64,000 bases of DNA from an uncultured Armatimonadetes bacterium (GTDB lineage: Bacteria; Armatimonadota; Hebobacteria; Hebobacterales; Hebobacteraceae): assembly GCA_963716175.1 (NCBI GenBank), contig OY970296.1:160001-224000 (forward strand). Direction: 5' to 3'. Shown in pieces: positions 63,238 through 64,000 of the stretch (the stretch's first letter is position 1; every line of letters starts with the position of its first letter). The notes under the pieces were generated by a model, which had not been told where the DNA came from, did not search any database, and worked only from the letters and a program-made list of their open reading frames with translations. The translations under genes were made by a program, and so were the position numbers.

Positions 63238-64000
63238 TCACGACAGCTCAAGCACGACCACCTCCGGGTGTAGGAACCAGCGCGGTGGGTCAAAGCCCGG
63301 TGTTACCCCGCTCGTGACGTAGACCCAACCCCAAGGTTCTCTGAAGAGCCCAGAGAGATGCGATCGGCCATAGCGCGTGCCCGGTGGAAGCCCGTGACCA
63401 GTGAGGCGGTTGATTCCCCGCAACACGGGCCGAAAGGGCCCCACCATCCCGCCGTGGGTATGGCCGGAGATGATCAGCGCTGCTCGCTGGCCCCGCGGAT
63501 CGAGCGCCGCGTCCGGGTTATGGGAAACCAGCACGATCGGAACGTTCTTCGGCACATTCCGATACGCGGCTTGCCAATCGACTTTGCCTGCCCAAAGGTC
63601 ATTTATGGCCACCAGCGCCAGCCGCGTGTCTCCTTTGCGCAGCATCGCATCTTCGTTGACTAGCACCCGGATGCCGAGAGCCTCCAGCTCTCTTCGCACC
63701 GTTTTCGCGTCGGTCCAGTGCTCGTGATTGCCCTGAACCGCATAGACTCCCAGCGGGGCCTGCATCTCCTCGAACACGGCACGGATATGACGGATGCCGG
63801 GTTTGCCTGAGACGTAGTCACCCAACAGGATGATCGCATCCGGCCTCTGTCGCATGGCCTCCTGGACGGCCTCTCCGCGAGGCCCTTGCCGAAGCCGCCC
63901 ATCGCGATGTGGAAGTCGCCCAAGACGGCGATTCGCAAGGGAGTGGGGATCCCTATGGGCACTCGTACGAAGCTCACGCGCAGCCGCCGCCCGACCACGA
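63238..64000 (-). CDS. YkuE-like metallophosphoesterase (5' truncated; frameshift near 63870)
   Basis: GDFH in ORF 63660..63998. GDY, GNHE, SHNPD and SGHTHGG in ORF 63238..63855. Confidence 0.85.
   Translation of the reverse strand, partial: RGRAAAARELRTSAHRDPHSLANRRLGRLPHRDGRLRQGPRGEAVQEAMRQRPDAIILLGDYVSGKPGIRHIRAVFEEMQAPLGVYAVQGNHEHWTDAKTVRRELEALGIRVLVNEDAMLRKGDTRLALVAINDLWAGKVDWQAAYRNVPKNVPIVLVSHNPDAALDPRGQRAALIISGHTHGGMVGPFRPVLRGINRLTGHGLPPGTRYGRSHLSGLFREPWGWVYVTSGVTPGFDPPRWFLHPEVVVLELS

Overview
GC-rich bacterial window, probably Armatimonadota or a similar lineage (inferred from the paralog content), dominated by carbohydrate and amino-sugar catabolism. A recurring module stands out. 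Four prepilin-type N-terminal / H-X9-DG C-terminal (DUF1559-like) Cys-rich proteins and four ~640-aa OPT-like polytopic membrane proteins (DUF6785/DUF6784-like) are interleaved with glycoside hydrolases, a heparinase II/III-like protein, Gfo/Idh/MocA oxidoreductases and an AraC regulator. All four pilin-like genes share an unusual leader with an extra, start-less Shine-Dalgarno sequence, and three are followed by a related GC hairpin. The window also has an operon encoding a possibly exported AMMECR1 protein, a thioester-less alpha-2-macroglobulin and a redoxin-deacetylase fusion. Other elements are a tRNA-Phe-type body with a GAG (Leu) anticodon, two families of TA-flanked double-hairpin MITE-like repeats, and IS110 and tyrosine recombinase remnants. 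About nine single-base frameshifts are most simply explained as sequencing indels. All family assignments come from motif recognition by eye, not from database searches.
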